A stretch of DNA of 64,000 nucleotides. Source: Trueperaceae bacterium. GTDB taxonomy: Bacteria; Deinococcota; Deinococci; Deinococcales; Trueperaceae. This document shows, piece after piece, positions 30,389 to 41,318 of this stretch (the first letter of the stretch is position 1; each line of letters opens with the position of its first letter). A program made the position numbers and the translations under genes. The stretch lies in NCBI GenBank assembly GCA_965213925.1, contig OZ243927.1:2848001-2912000 (forward strand), in the 5' to 3' direction. The notes beneath the pieces are model-generated. The model searched no databases and was not told the DNA's origin. It saw nothing but the letters and a program-made list of their open reading frames with translations.

Positions 30389-30590
30389 ACCGAGCGGACA
30401 TACCGAGTAACGTGTGCGCGACCCTGCACCTTTTCAAAACCGCGACGTTAATTTAATACACCTACGGTAGGCTACCCCCTTGTTTAACGCAATCTTCACA
30501 GAGGCTTGCGTCCTCCCCACTTTCTGCTATTTTGTCTGTGTCCGTAATCACCGACAGGTGAGACATTCACGCAGCATTTGGGAGGCATTT

Positions 30591-33500
30591 GTGTTACGAC
30601 GTTACAAGCTCATTCCGTTTTTCTTTCTATTCATGTTCATGACCGCCTGCGGCGACTTAGGGGGCTCCGCTGTCACCCAGCCCGACGACAACGCTAGTGA
30701 CGCCGCGCCCACGGGCACCTTCGGCGTGAGCGAAGCGTTCGGCGGTCCCTACCTCAGCGACGCGGACGGCGCGATTACCGACGCCAGCGACGCGCGTGTT
30801 GTTTCTGTTGCGCCAGGCGGCTCGTTCTTCGTGCAGGTGGACTACGAAGACCCCAGTGGGATTACTAACATTGATGTGAACTTAGTCAACAGCAGCCCGG
30901 AAGGTTTAGCGGGAACTTTAGACCCGACGCAAAGCTTCTTTACCTTAGGTCAGCCTACGGGCATAAGTGAGCCCAGCGGCTGCGACCTCTCGGACAACCC
31001 TACAAGTGTGTCCTGTATCTATGAGGTCAGGGTAGCGGACGACGCGGTGAACATCACCGAGTTAGACGGTTTAGGTGATGAGTTTGCTTACGTCTTTCGC
31101 ACGCAAGTCACGGATGCTGCTGGCAACACCTCGGATGAGGCGGAGCGGGGCTATGTGGTGGTTACGGGTGGTGATGGGGAGCCTGAACCTACGCCCGAGC
31201 CAGAGACCTGCACGAACCCGGTGGAGATTCCTGACGAGGCGTTAGAGACCGCCCTTCGCGTAGAACTCGGCAAGCCAGAAGGTGACTTGACCTGTGAAGA
31301 CTTGGCGAGCTTAACTGAACTCAACTACAATGGTAGTAATGAAGAGATCGCCAGTATAGGTAGCCTCGAGGGGTTGCAGTACGCGGTCAATTTAGAAGCG
31401 TTAAACCTGTTTGGTAACGATGTTAGCGACCTCAGCCCGCTCCAGAACCTCATAACGCTCACCGTCTTGAACCTCAGCGGCAATATGATTACCGACATCA
31501 GTCCGCTCCAAAACCTCACCAACCTTACCGAACTCGACCTCTCGAACAACGGCCGCCTTGACCGCGAAGCCGATACTCGTCAGGAGCTAAGTGATATCAG
31601 CCCCCTCCAGAGTCTCACCAAGCTTACCTCTTTGAACCTCGGCACGAACGGCAGGATCGGGAACACCTTAGACGGCACGATCAGCGACATCAGCCCCCTT
31701 GGAAACCTCACCAACCTCACCTTTTTAGAGCTTGGCGGCAACGACGTCAGCGACATCAGTCCGCTCCGAAACCTCACCAACCTCACCGAGCTTAGCCTCT
31801 TCAATAACGAACTCACCGACCTCGGCGGGCTCCAGGACCTCACCAACCTGACCGAGCTCAATATCGGTACGAATGAGCTTGAAAACGACCTCGACGGGCT
31901 CCAGAATCTCACGAACCTCGTCCGCTTGGATGCGTCCGATAGCGGGGTCGTTGACATCGGCGCGCTCCAAAACCTCACGCGCCTCTCTGTGCTCAATCTC
32001 GGTAACGACACGCTCACTAACGACGTCAACGTCAACAGAATAACTGACACCACCACGCTTCAAAACCTCACTGAGCTGACCGAGCTTGAACTTGATAGCA
32101 ACCAGATTAGCGATATCAGTGCGCTTACGAACCTCACGAACCTCGCCGACCTCGACCTCAACGACAACGAGGTTAGCGACATAGAACCGCTCGTCGCGAA
32201 CGCAGGTCTGTCTGCAGGCGACCGCGTCCGCCTGTTCTTCAATCCGCTCGAGACCTGCCCCGGCGACGAGGACAGAGCGGACATCGAAACACTGCAAGAA
32301 CGTGGTGTAGAGGTCTTCTTTGACGAGTCTGAGAACTGCGATAATGAGGGGGAGCCTGAGCCGCAGCCTGGGACTTGCACAGACCCAGTGGAAATTCAAG
32401 ATATCGATCTAGAAGAAGCTATACGTGACGCGCTCGACAAACCTAGGTCTGAAGGCGAATTGACATGTGAAGACTTGGCTGGATTAAAGGAAGCGTCTGT
32501 CTCTTACGCTTCTGTTGCGAGTCTAGAGGGGCTTCAGTATGCGACGAACCTCGAATTACTAAGCCTCACCATCAATGAGAGTGATCAGCAGCACTTCGTA
32601 AGCGACCTGTCCCCTTTAACCGGGCTCGAGAAGCTCAACACAGTCATCCTCATCAACGAAGAGATAGAAGACTTGACGCCTCTCGCAAGCCTCAGCAGCT
32701 TAGAGACGCTGACCTTGGCAGTCGATAGTTCGGACAACTTCGACCAACTCGCAGGGCTCGCAAACACAAATCTTAAATCGCTGAGCTTACCTGCGAATAA
32801 CATTACTGACCTTAGCTTCTTACAAGGGCTCACGAGCTTGACCGACCTCTCTCTCAGCGAGAACAACATCAGCGACCTTACGCCGCTGCGAAACCTCAAT
32901 AACTTGGAGTCCCTAAGCCTCATACGTAACCAAGTAGATGACCTCTCAGCGCTCCAGAGCCTAACTGACCTTATAGAGCTCTACCTTACTGGAAACAGTA
33001 TCGGTGATATAACGCCGCTACAAAACCTGACTAACCTCGCCAGGCTTGACTTTACCAACAACGAGGTCAGTGACATTGCGCCACTGCAAAACCTTACTAA
33101 GCTCACCGAACTTAGTTTTAGTAGCAATAAAGTCAGCGACATTATGCCGCTGCAAAACCTTACTAAGCTCACCGAGCTTAGTTTTTCCCGCAATGAGGTT
33201 AGCGACATTGCGCCACTGCAAAACTTGACTAACCTCGCCGAGCTTAGGTTTGTAAATAATGAGGTCAGCGACATTACACCTCTAATCAAAAATGAAGGAT
33301 TGGGCGAAGGCGACATCATTTACCTTCCCGACGATTCGCTCGACCTTAGTTGTGGTACCGAAAACCGAGCAGCGGTCGATGCGCTTATCGAGCGAGGTGT
33401 GATCGTAGATATCAATGCGCTCGTGGACTGTAGCGACGTCGTAGACTTCGCGGACAACATCCTGGAAGATTTAGTGCGCGAAGCACTGCGTCAACCACGA

Positions 33501-34148
33501 GGCGAGCTTACCGAGAACGATTTGGAGTCTCTACGTGAACTCAAGTACGAGCCTGAGTCTAGCTCCTCGAGCGTCGAAAGCTTAGAGGGCTTGCAGTTCG
33601 CGGTCAACCTCGAGAGCCTAGGCTTGCCCGACAACAGCGTCAGCGACCTCTCGCCCCTTAGCGCACTTGTACAACTGAGAAACCTCGACTTAGCAAAAAA
33701 CGATAATATTACCGACATCAGTGTGCTCCAGAATCTCGTCAACTTAGAGACGATCGACTTGTCCGCCAACAATATAAGCGACCTCAGCCCACTTCAAGAC
33801 TTGGGCGCTCTAAGAGAACTGCGTATGAGTTTTAATACCGTTTCCGACCTTAGCCCTCTTCAAGGCCTTACGGAGCTGCGCGTGCTCCTACTCACTGGAA
33901 ATCTCATCGAAGAGGTCGACGCGCTTGCCAACCTCACTAACTTGAGGAGACTCCTCCTGAGTCGAAATCCAATTGTCGATATCTCGGGGCTTGCTGAGAA
34001 TGAAGGCTTAGCAGCAGGTGACCCAGTAGAACTCTTAGACACCTTTCTCGACACCTGCCCTGGCACGGACGACCGAGAAGACATCGACACCTTGATTGAA
34101 CGCGGCGCAGTGGTCCGCTTCGACGAACCTGAGGATTGCGGCGGATAG
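30591..34148 (+). CDS. Internalin-like leucine-rich-repeat lipoprotein
   Basis: RBS GGGAGG before GTG 30591, lipobox MTAC, many 22-aa N.ISDISPLQNLTNLTEL.L repeats in three capped modules. Confidence 0.9.
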   Translation: MLRRYKLIPFFFLFMFMTACGDLGGSAVTQPDDNASDAAPTGTFGVSEAFGGPYLSDADGAITDASDARVVSVAPGGSFFVQVDYEDPSGITNIDVNLVNSSPEGLAGTLDPTQSFFTLGQPTGISEPSGCDLSDNPTSVSCIYEVRVADDAVNITELDGLGDEFAYVFRTQVTDAAGNTSDEAERGYVVVTGGDGEPEPTPEPETCTNPVEIPDEALETALRVELGKPEGDLTCEDLASLTELNYNGSNEEIASIGSLEGLQYAVNLEALNLFGNDVSDLSPLQNLITLTVLNLSGNMITDISPLQNLTNLTELDLSNNGRLDREADTRQELSDISPLQSLTKLTSLNLGTNGRIGNTLDGTISDISPLGNLTNLTFLELGGNDVSDISPLRNLTNLTELSLFNNELTDLGGLQDLTNLTELNIGTNELENDLDGLQNLTNLVRLDASDSGVVDIGALQNLTRLSVLNLGNDTLTNDVNVNRITDTTTLQNLTELTELELDSNQISDISALTNLTNLADLDLNDNEVSDIEPLVANAGLSAGDRVRLFFNPLETCPGDEDRADIETLQERGVEVFFDESENCDNEGEPEPQPGTCTDPVEIQDIDLEEAIRDALDKPRSEGELTCEDLAGLKEASVSYASVASLEGLQYATNLELLSLTINESDQQHFVSDLSPLTGLEKLNTVILINEEIEDLTPLASLSSLETLTLAVDSSDNFDQLAGLANTNLKSLSLPANNITDLSFLQGLTSLTDLSLSENNISDLTPLRNLNNLESLSLIRNQVDDLSALQSLTDLIELYLTGNSIGDITPLQNLTNLARLDFTNNEVSDIAPLQNLTKLTELSFSSNKVSDIMPLQNLTKLTELSFSRNEVSDIAPLQNLTNLAELRFVNNEVSDITPLIKNEGLGEGDIIYLPDDSLDLSCGTENRAAVDALIERGVIVDINALVDCSDVVDFADNILEDLVREALRQPRGELTENDLESLRELKYEPESSSSSVESLEGLQFAVNLESLGLPDNSVSDLSPLSALVQLRNLDLAKNDNITDISVLQNLVNLETIDLSANNISDLSPLQDLGALRELRMSFNTVSDLSPLQGLTELRVLLLTGNLIEEVDALANLTNLRRLLLSRNPIVDISGLAENEGLAAGDPVELLDTFLDTCPGTDDREDIDTLIERGAVVRFDEPEDCGG
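33060..33280 (+). repeat. 66-bp tandem repeat within LRR gene
   Basis: Near-identical units start at 33060, 33126, 33192 and 33258 (partial). Confidence 0.85.
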
Positions 34149-34279
34149 GGTCGCGGTGGTTTGTGTCACTACCCCTGGGAAAGTTTCATAGCAGAAGCGC
34201 GTCTAGCTGTGTCCGCAAGGCGAAGCGTGCGACATCGGTGCATTTGAGTTAGAGCAGTAGACAAACACCTCAACCTCTC

Positions 34280-34307
34280 AGGGTCGCCTTCACTGGCGAC
34301 CCTTTTT
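34280..34307 (+). terminator. Intrinsic terminator
   Basis: AGGGTCGCC-TTCACT-GGCGACCCT followed by TTTT. Confidence 0.85.
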
Positions 34308-34363
34308 AGTGTCTCTAGCTCGCACCTAGCATTCCTCATACCATTTAGGCGACAATAGAAAGA

Positions 34364-35512
34364 ATGACTCAACCAAAAAAACGCATCGCCATTCTAGGCT
34401 CCACCGGCTCCATCGGCACCCAAACCCTAGACGTCGCCCGCTGGCGCGGCTACGAGGTCGTCGGGCTCGCCGCTGGGCGCAGCACCGATATGCTCATCAA
34501 ACAAGCGGACGAATTCAGACCCAAGCTCGTCTCGTGTCACCCCGAGGTCGCCGCGCAGGTGGAGCCGCACTTGCCGAGCGGCACGAAACTCGTAACAGGC
34601 GGCGCGGGCGCGGAAGCGGTCGCGACTTTGGAGGTCGACACGGTCGTCGCGGCGATTTCGGGCGTCGCTGGGCTTAAACCGACGCTCGCGGCGCTGAGGG
34701 CAGGGCGGCACGTCGCCCTGGCGAACAAAGAGGCGATGGTGGTCGCAGGACCGCTCGTCTGGGAGGCGGCGAGGGCGTGTGGAGGGTCGATCACGCCCGT
34801 AGACTCGGAGCATTCGGCGCTCTTCCAGTGCTTGGTGGGCGAGCGACAAGAGGACGTGGCCTCTCTTATCCTGACCGCCTCGGGTGGACCCTTTCGCACG
34901 GAGCCCGCCGACCTTACTGGTGTAACACCGGAGCAAGCCCTGAAGCACCCTAACTGGTCGATGGGCGCGAAGGTGACGGTGGACTCGGCGACGTTGTTCA
35001 ACAAAGGATTAGAGGTTTTAGAGGCGCACTTTCTCTTCGAGATGCCGCTGGAGAAGATCGAGGTCATCGTCCACCCGCAATCGCTGGTCCACAGCTTCGT
35101 GCGTTTCAAGGACGGCAACCTCAAGGCGCAAGTCGGCCCGCACGACATGAGGTTGCCGATTCAGTATGGGATCGAGTACCCCGAGCGCCCCGACATCCCT
35201 TTAGACCCGCTGCCGCTAAGGGGCACATGGGAATTTTACGAACCTGACGCCGCGCGTTTCCCGAGCTTGGGCTTGGCGTACGAGGCAGGTCGACGTGGAG
35301 GCACCGCCCCGGCGGTCCTCAACGCAGCGGATGAACTCGCGGTCGAGGCGTTTTTGCGCGGCGAGGTGGGTTTTACGGATATCCCGAAGATTCTCGAGCA
35401 CGCCCTTCAACAGACCTCTATAACCGAGTTGCGTTGGGACGCGATCGGCGCGGCAGACAGAGAAGCGAGGGAGGTCGTCAGCACATACGTGCAGCGCTTA
35501 GGCTTTTCCTAA
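34364..35512 (+). CDS. dxr: 1-deoxy-D-xylulose-5-phosphate reductoisomerase
   Basis: [53 protein letters not shown]. Confidence 0.98.
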   Translation: MTQPKKRIAILGSTGSIGTQTLDVARWRGYEVVGLAAGRSTDMLIKQADEFRPKLVSCHPEVAAQVEPHLPSGTKLVTGGAGAEAVATLEVDTVVAAISGVAGLKPTLAALRAGRHVALANKEAMVVAGPLVWEAARACGGSITPVDSEHSALFQCLVGERQEDVASLILTASGGPFRTEPADLTGVTPEQALKHPNWSMGAKVTVDSATLFNKGLEVLEAHFLFEMPLEKIEVIVHPQSLVHSFVRFKDGNLKAQVGPHDMRLPIQYGIEYPERPDIPLDPLPLRGTWEFYEPDAARFPSLGLAYEAGRRGGTAPAVLNAADELAVEAFLRGEVGFTDIPKILEHALQQTSITELRWDAIGAADREAREVVSTYVQRLGFS

Positions 35513-35585
35513 GCAGGTGTTCATAAAGATGGCGTATGCTTAGGGGTATAAGTAAGAACTGTTCTTTCATCTCATACCCTCCTTT

Positions 35586-37085
35586 ATGGCGCGTCCTATG
35601 CAGACACCCAAACAGACATCCAGACGCACGTTCCTCAAGCTCAGCGGCGCGGCGCTCGCCGCGAGCCTCGTGTCGCCTGGGCTCGCTAGGGCAAGTAGAG
35701 CGGCGCAGCGCGTAGACGCTGAATTGCACTTTTTGAACCGCATCACTTGGGGACCGCGCCCCCAAGAGGTCGGGCATATTCGCAAGATTGGGGTGGAGCG
35801 GTATCTCGAGCGTCAACTCCGCCCCGAACGCATCGACGACAGCGCGGTGGACGCCAGGCTCCGCGAACTGCCCATCCTCACGATGGACCGCCGCACCGCG
35901 CACCGCCTGAGCAACTACCGCAACCGCTGCCGCGAGGCGCTCGTCACCGGCACCGTGCTCCGCGCCGCGCACAGCAAGCGGCAACTCTTAGAGCGCATGG
36001 TCGACTTCTGGACGGACCACTTCAACGTGCCGAGCCGCGACTTAGAGCCCGAAGTGATCGTGTTTCAGCGTGAGGTGATTCGTAAGCACGCGCTGGGCAA
36101 CTTCCGCGACTTGCTCTTTGGCGTCGCGCAGAGTCCCGCCATGCTCATCTATCTGGACAACAGGAGCAACGAGGCGGGAAGCCCGAACGAGAACTACGCC
36201 CGCGAGCTTCTGGAGCTGCACACGTTGGGCGTGGACGGCGGCTACAGCGAGCGCGACGTGAAGGAGGCGGCGCGGGCGCTCACGGGTTGGACGGTGGATG
36301 AGCGCACCGCGTCCGGCTTCTACTTTCGCTCGGACACGCACGACACGGGCGAAAAGTACCTCTTAGGACACACCTTGCCTGCGGATAGAGGTATCGAAGA
36401 CGGGCTGCACCTTTTAGACATCGCGGCGAACCACCCCTCCACCGCCCGCTTCCTCTGCACGAAGCTCTGCACGAAGTTCGTCTCCGACGAGCCGCCGCAC
36501 AACCTGATCGAGAGCGCGGCGCGCGTGTGGACGCGCACGAACGGCGACATCGAAGAGGTCTTGCGCCACATCTTCTTGTCCGAGGACTTTAGCGCCTCAG
36601 CCGGGCAGAAGCTGCGCCGCCCACTGGAGTTTTTCGTCGGCGCACTCCGCGCGACCGGCACCGAGATTCATAGTGCCCACGAGATGAAGAAGCTCCTAGA
36701 GGACCTCGCGCACGTCCCCTACGGCTGGGAGCCGCCCGATGGCTACCCGGACAGGGCGGTGTCGTGGGTCTCGAGCAGCAACCTTTTGGCCCGCTGGAAC
36801 GTCGCCTCGGCGCTGACACACCAGGCGTACAGCGTTCAGGATTCAAAGTTGAGCACCCAGCTTTTTGGGCGCGCAGGACACTCAAAGAACGTTTCAGAAC
36901 TCGTGGACAACGTCGCGAACGAGGTCTTCGCAAGACGTTTGACGGACGACGAACGCGCTCCTTTTATCGCCTTTGTCTCCGATGATGAGGGCAGCGACAT
37001 CCCCATCTCGCCGCACCTCTTAGCCCGCAAGCTCGCCCCCTTGTACGGTCTCATGCTCGCTTCGCCCGCTTATCAGTGGTGTTGA
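35586..37085 (+). CDS. DUF1800-family protein with Tat signal
   Basis: SRRTFLK Tat motif; QLLERMVDFW..HF, SPAMLIYLDN, PNENYARELLELHTLG. Confidence 0.9.
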   Translation: MARPMQTPKQTSRRTFLKLSGAALAASLVSPGLARASRAAQRVDAELHFLNRITWGPRPQEVGHIRKIGVERYLERQLRPERIDDSAVDARLRELPILTMDRRTAHRLSNYRNRCREALVTGTVLRAAHSKRQLLERMVDFWTDHFNVPSRDLEPEVIVFQREVIRKHALGNFRDLLFGVAQSPAMLIYLDNRSNEAGSPNENYARELLELHTLGVDGGYSERDVKEAARALTGWTVDERTASGFYFRSDTHDTGEKYLLGHTLPADRGIEDGLHLLDIAANHPSTARFLCTKLCTKFVSDEPPHNLIESAARVWTRTNGDIEEVLRHIFLSEDFSASAGQKLRRPLEFFVGALRATGTEIHSAHEMKKLLEDLAHVPYGWEPPDGYPDRAVSWVSSSNLLARWNVASALTHQAYSVQDSKLSTQLFGRAGHSKNVSELVDNVANEVFARRLTDDERAPFIAFVSDDEGSDIPISPHLLARKLAPLYGLMLASPAYQWC

Positions 37086-37119
37086 TGAGGGCGTGAGGTG
37101 GTGCGAGACTTCTCTTCGG

Positions 37120-37151
37120 GGCTTTTAGCGGTTAGCTTCTAGCTAAAAGCC
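37120..37151. repeat. Dispersed 32-bp repeat, copy 2
   Basis: GGCTTTTAGCGGTTAGCTTCTAGCTAAAAGCC; see 28124-28155. Confidence 0.8.
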
Positions 37152-37209
37152 CTCTATAGGTAACTCCGTTCAAGGCGGCATCCAGCGCTGCGAGTGAAAG
37201 GAACAAACC

Positions 37210-38511
37210 GTGAACAGGCGCGACCTCCTAACAAACCTAGGCTACTGCGGTACGCTCGGCGTGAGCCGCGCCCTCTTGCCTCACTGGAGACCGCAACTCG
37301 CCTTCCGCTCTTTAGAAACCGTCGGCGCAACGAATAACGGCGTGCCCGGTGACACGCTAATCTGCATCTTTTTGCGCGGCGGCATGGACGGCCTTAGCGC
37401 GGTCGTTCCTTACGGCGAAGGCGGCAACCTCTACGACGCGAGAGCGACGCAGCGCGTCAGGGAGCCGGGCAAGTCCGCTGGCGCTGCGCTCGACTTAGAC
37501 GGTTTTTTCGGCTTTCATCCGGCCCTGGAGCCCCTAGCCGATATCTACCGCAGCGGCGACCTCGGCGTCGTGCACGCCGTGGGCAGCACGGACCCCTCGA
37601 GATCGCACTTCGACGCGATGCAGTTTATGGAGAACGGCACGCCCGGCACCAAGATGACCAGCACGGGTTGGCTCGGGCGGCACCTCAAGAGCGCGACGTG
37701 GCAGAACAGCTCGCCCTTTCGCGCTGTAGGCATGGGCGCGATGCTGCCCGCCTCGCTGCGCGGCGGCACCCCCCTCTCGCTGCGCTCGATCGCGGACTTT
37801 CACCTGCGCGGACGCCACGGCGAGGTGCAGCGCATGGAGCGGATGCTCGCCGACCTCTACACGCTCCATACGCCCGACGAGATGCTCCAGCCGCAAGCGG
37901 ACCTCGTCTTCGAAACGGTGGGGATGTTAGACGCGCTAGAAACGCACACCTACCAGCCTGCGGGCGGCGCGTCCTACCCGGACGACGGGCACGGCTTCAG
38001 CAAGGGACTTTCGCAAATCGCGCAGCTGATTAAAGCGGAGGTCGGTTTAGAGGTCGCGTGCTTAGACCTCGGCGGCTGGGACACGCACGAGGAGCAAGGC
38101 ACCTTAGACGGCACCTTCAACTATCTTTTAGACACGCTAGGGCGCGGCTTAGAGGCGCTCTACACCGACCTGGGCGACAAGATGCAGCGCGTCACCGTCG
38201 TGACGATGAGCGAGTTCGGGCGGCGCGTGCGCGAGAACGCGAGCGCGGGCACCGACCACGGGCACGGCAACCTGATGATGCTTATGGGCGGTGGCGTGAG
38301 AGGAGGGCAGGTCTACGGACGGTGGCCCACCTTAGCCGAAGACGCGCTCAGTGACGGCGACTTAGCCATCACCACGGACTACCGCGACGTGCTGGCGGAT
38401 ATCGTTTCGCAACGTTTAGGTAACAGCAAGTTGGACGAGATTTTTCCGGGGCACAGCGTGACCTCGCTCGGGCTCGTTGACCCGCTCCAAAGGGAAGAAG
38501 CTCGTGCTTAG
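37210..38511 (+). CDS. DUF1501-family protein
   Basis: NRRDLL, LRGGMDGL, RSHFDA, GGWDTH, SEFGRR, GTDHG; usual partner of DUF1800. Confidence 0.9.
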   Translation: MNRRDLLTNLGYCGTLGVSRALLPHWRPQLAFRSLETVGATNNGVPGDTLICIFLRGGMDGLSAVVPYGEGGNLYDARATQRVREPGKSAGAALDLDGFFGFHPALEPLADIYRSGDLGVVHAVGSTDPSRSHFDAMQFMENGTPGTKMTSTGWLGRHLKSATWQNSSPFRAVGMGAMLPASLRGGTPLSLRSIADFHLRGRHGEVQRMERMLADLYTLHTPDEMLQPQADLVFETVGMLDALETHTYQPAGGASYPDDGHGFSKGLSQIAQLIKAEVGLEVACLDLGGWDTHEEQGTLDGTFNYLLDTLGRGLEALYTDLGDKMQRVTVVTMSEFGRRVRENASAGTDHGHGNLMMLMGGGVRGGQVYGRWPTLAEDALSDGDLAITTDYRDVLADIVSQRLGNSKLDEIFPGHSVTSLGLVDPLQREEARA

Positions 38512-39304
38512 AGCCAGCTATAACTACAAGGTGTGGCAGTGCGTACTCGTCCTCGCCCTCTTATCGTTCAAGGTATCAGCACAGTCTGGCGAAGCGTCGG
38601 GCAGAAGCGCTGAATCCTACGACGAGCGGAAAGCGCGGCTCATCGCACTGGTCGCTGAAACCGAAGACTTCGCCCGTTGGCTCGAGACCTACGAAGGCTG
38701 GCAGGGCAAAGCGTGGCCCAAGGAAGAGGACGACGAAAACGGGCTCTGGTACGTCGAATTCAAGGATGAGAACGACGAGGAGTGGCTCGGCTACGCCGAC
38801 GTGGACATAGAAGGCAATATCGAGAACACCTTTATTCCGCGACCTTTGCCGGACGACGAACTCACTGAGGGCAAGGCGCGCGTCCGCGAACTCGTCCTAG
38901 CCGACCCCGAGGTCGCCGCGCGCATCACCGACCCGCTCCTCTGGGAGGTCGACGTGGGCTATGACCGTTTCGATGTGAACTGGGACGTGAACTTCTACCG
39001 CGGTTTAGAACACCTGCGCGTCATCGCGACGCTCGAGGAGGACGAGTTCTACATCGAGGATATCCGCAACGAGCGCACGCTCAGCGAAGAGGACGCTGTA
39101 AAGCACGCGAAAGACGAGGCGATTCGCTTGGCGTACGAAGAGGTCGGTGACGCTTTGGAGGGGTTGGATGACTGGCACACCTACGTGGAGCATCAGGGCG
39201 GGGCGCAGTGGAGCGTGTCGTTCGTGGCGGGCGAGCAGGAGCGATTTTACGCGCTGGTAGACGTCGAGGGAGAACAGGTGTTGGAGAGTTACGCGCGGGA
39301 TTAG
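38477..39304 (+). CDS. Hypothetical secreted acidic protein
   Basis: Signal-peptide-like segment; three similar W.V.F-containing units; start uncertain. Confidence 0.65.
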   Translation: MTRSKGKKLVLRASYNYKVWQCVLVLALLSFKVSAQSGEASGRSAESYDERKARLIALVAETEDFARWLETYEGWQGKAWPKEEDDENGLWYVEFKDENDEEWLGYADVDIEGNIENTFIPRPLPDDELTEGKARVRELVLADPEVAARITDPLLWEVDVGYDRFDVNWDVNFYRGLEHLRVIATLEEDEFYIEDIRNERTLSEEDAVKHAKDEAIRLAYEEVGDALEGLDDWHTYVEHQGGAQWSVSFVAGEQERFYALVDVEGEQVLESYARD

Positions 39305-39500
39305 CGCCGCTTAGACGCTAGTCTCACCTCGAGGGTAGACCAAGCATATTCGCCACCCTTATAGCCGGAGTCAGCCTCGAAGACCGTCCTTTCTGCTTCA
39401 GCCGGGATTGGCGTTTTATAGCGGGCTACGGCTTGATCGCCCGCGCTGCAGAGCCGCAAATGAAGCGCTAGCCGCTTTGCGCGTCTGGTCGTTCTTCGCA

Positions 39501-39530
39501 TTGACATAGAGCACCTTCGCCTTGTATACT
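39501..39530 (+). promoter_or_regulatory. Sigma70 promoter of tRNA operon
   Basis: TTGACA-18 nt-TATACT, 17 nt before tRNA-Ser. Confidence 0.85.
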
Positions 39531-39547
39531 CGCTAACGCTGGCGCAC

Positions 39548-39637
39548 GGAGGGCTGGCAGAGCGGTTGAATGCGACGGTCTTGAAAACCGTTATAGGGGC
39601 GACCCTATCGGGGGTTCGAATCCCTCGCCCTCCGCCA
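39548..39637 (+). tRNA. tRNA-Ser(TGA)
   Basis: GGAGGGC acceptor, ACGGT-CTTGAAA-ACCGT arm, long variable arm, GGTTCGAATCC, CCA. Confidence 0.97.
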
Positions 39638-39732
39638 ACACGGAGGCGTCATTTTCGAGCAAATCCTCCTGTTTAAGAATGTCAGCAGCGCATAGGAGCA
39701 TCTACAAGGTATAGATGTTACCTATAAAACTT

Positions 39733-39824
<92 letters not shown>

Positions 39825-39908
39825 GAATGGAGGTATCATCTTCACTTAGGAGATGATATTCTGTAAAAAGGTTCATCCGATAAACTGTAGATGATACCTC
39901 CAAAACGT

Positions 39909-39985
<77 letters not shown>

Positions 39986-39990
39986 AAACA

Positions 39991-40020
39991 AACCCCGTCG
40001 CTGACGGGGTTCTTTCTTTT
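39991..40020 (+). terminator. Intrinsic terminator between tRNA operon and convergent integrase
   Basis: AACCCCGTC-GCT-GACGGGGTT followed by CTTTCTTTT. Confidence 0.85.
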
Positions 40021-40037
40021 GCTTGTGAGCTGTGATT

Positions 40038-41318
40038 TCACGGGTTTGGGTCGTTTCCCCCCGCATCTCCCCCCGCCACAGAGCCTAACAAATCCGAGAG
40101 GCTCATCGCCCCCTCGAAGCGGCGGTGTGACAGCACGTGCGTGTACTTGTCGGCGGTCGTAGATTTGCGGCTGTGTCGGAGCCTTTCTGAGACCACGCCT
40201 AGCTCGACACCACGCGCCTGCAGGAGGCTCGAGTGATGATCTCGAAGGTCGTGGAAGCTGAGGTCAGGAACCTTAGCCCTAGCGATGAGCTTTTTATACT
40301 CGCGCAGCAGCGCCCTCGGGTTCTGGGGGGTGCCGCCCCAGCCTGGGAAGACGAGGCCGAACTCGTACCAGCGGTTGCCGAGCTTGTGTTTATGCCGCTC
40401 TTGCCCTTCTCTGTGATTCTCGAGTACGCGCAGGGTGTCCTCGCCCACCGTGATTGACCCCATGCTCTTCTTCGTCTTCGGCGTGTCGAAGAAGTAGCGC
40501 CCGTGCACGTGCTCCATCTTGCGATGCGCCGTTTCATGAAAGCGTTTCGGCACCGCCACTAGGCCGCGGCGCACGTGAATGACGAGGTAACGCTTTTTGT
40601 TGGCGGTCACGGGCTCTAGGTCCGACCATTTGAGCCCGCAGAGTTCGCCCTCGCGCAGCCCGGAGGTCAGCGCGGTGTAGATGATCGGGCAATAGCGAGT
40701 GTGACGTGCGACCGCCAGTAACCTTAATAGCTGATAGCGAGACCAAGGGACAATCTCTTTGGTGTACTCGGAGGGCAGCTCGATCTTAAAGCAGGGGTTG
40801 GCGCGGTCCTCGGGCAATAGCTCATTATGGATAGCATCGCTGATCGCTTTGCGTAAACCGGCGAGCGCGTTTCTCGTGGTGGCCCTGCCGTCGTTGCCCC
40901 GGCCCATCTGCTCGCGGTAGATGTCGTTCACCATCGCCTGCACGTGGACGCGGCGCAGCTTGTCGAGCGGCGTGTGGCCGATTCTCGGGATGACGTAAGT
41001 CCTCAGGCTGTAGTAGTAGTTGCGGTACGCCCCGAACTTCTTGGACAAGGCCGCCTGCTCGAGCCAGCCCTCGAGGTAGTCGCCGAGCCGCTGTTTCGCT
41101 AATGTCTCGAGCGTGCCTTTGGCTTGTAGCTTTTGAAGCCGCAATAGGTCACCCTTAGCCTCCTCCTTCTTGACGCGCAGAGGACCGTCCTTGCTCCTCT
41201 TGCTGTGGCCGTCCCACGAAACGGTGACCCGCGCGTAGTAGCGCACGTAGGAGCTGCCGTCCTCGCGCTTAAAGGCGCGCTTCTTGATGGTCCCTTCCCC
41301 GTTCGCTCGGCGAGCCAC
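40038..41318 (-). CDS. Tyrosine integrase
   Basis: MARRANGEGTI N-terminus; catalytic GLREGE, PKT, FHDLR, LRHS, DKYTH all present. Confidence 0.95.
   Translation of the reverse strand: MARRANGEGTIKKRAFKREDGSSYVRYYARVTVSWDGHSKRSKDGPLRVKKEEAKGDLLRLQKLQAKGTLETLAKQRLGDYLEGWLEQAALSKKFGAYRNYYYSLRTYVIPRIGHTPLDKLRRVHVQAMVNDIYREQMGRGNDGRATTRNALAGLRKAISDAIHNELLPEDRANPCFKIELPSEYTKEIVPWSRYQLLRLLAVARHTRYCPIIYTALTSGLREGELCGLKWSDLEPVTANKKRYLVIHVRRGLVAVPKRFHETAHRKMEHVHGRYFFDTPKTKKSMGSITVGEDTLRVLENHREGQERHKHKLGNRWYEFGLVFPGWGGTPQNPRALLREYKKLIARAKVPDLSFHDLRDHHSSLLQARGVELGVVSERLRHSRKSTTADKYTHVLSHRRFEGAMSLSDLLGSVAGGDAGGNDPNP

Noticed and set aside
33060..33280. CRISPR array
   Set aside because: Coding 66-bp LRR units without spacers; no cas genes in the window
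34149..34279. Riboswitch or sRNA between LRR gene and terminator
   Set aside because: Only weak pairing and no recognisable family motif
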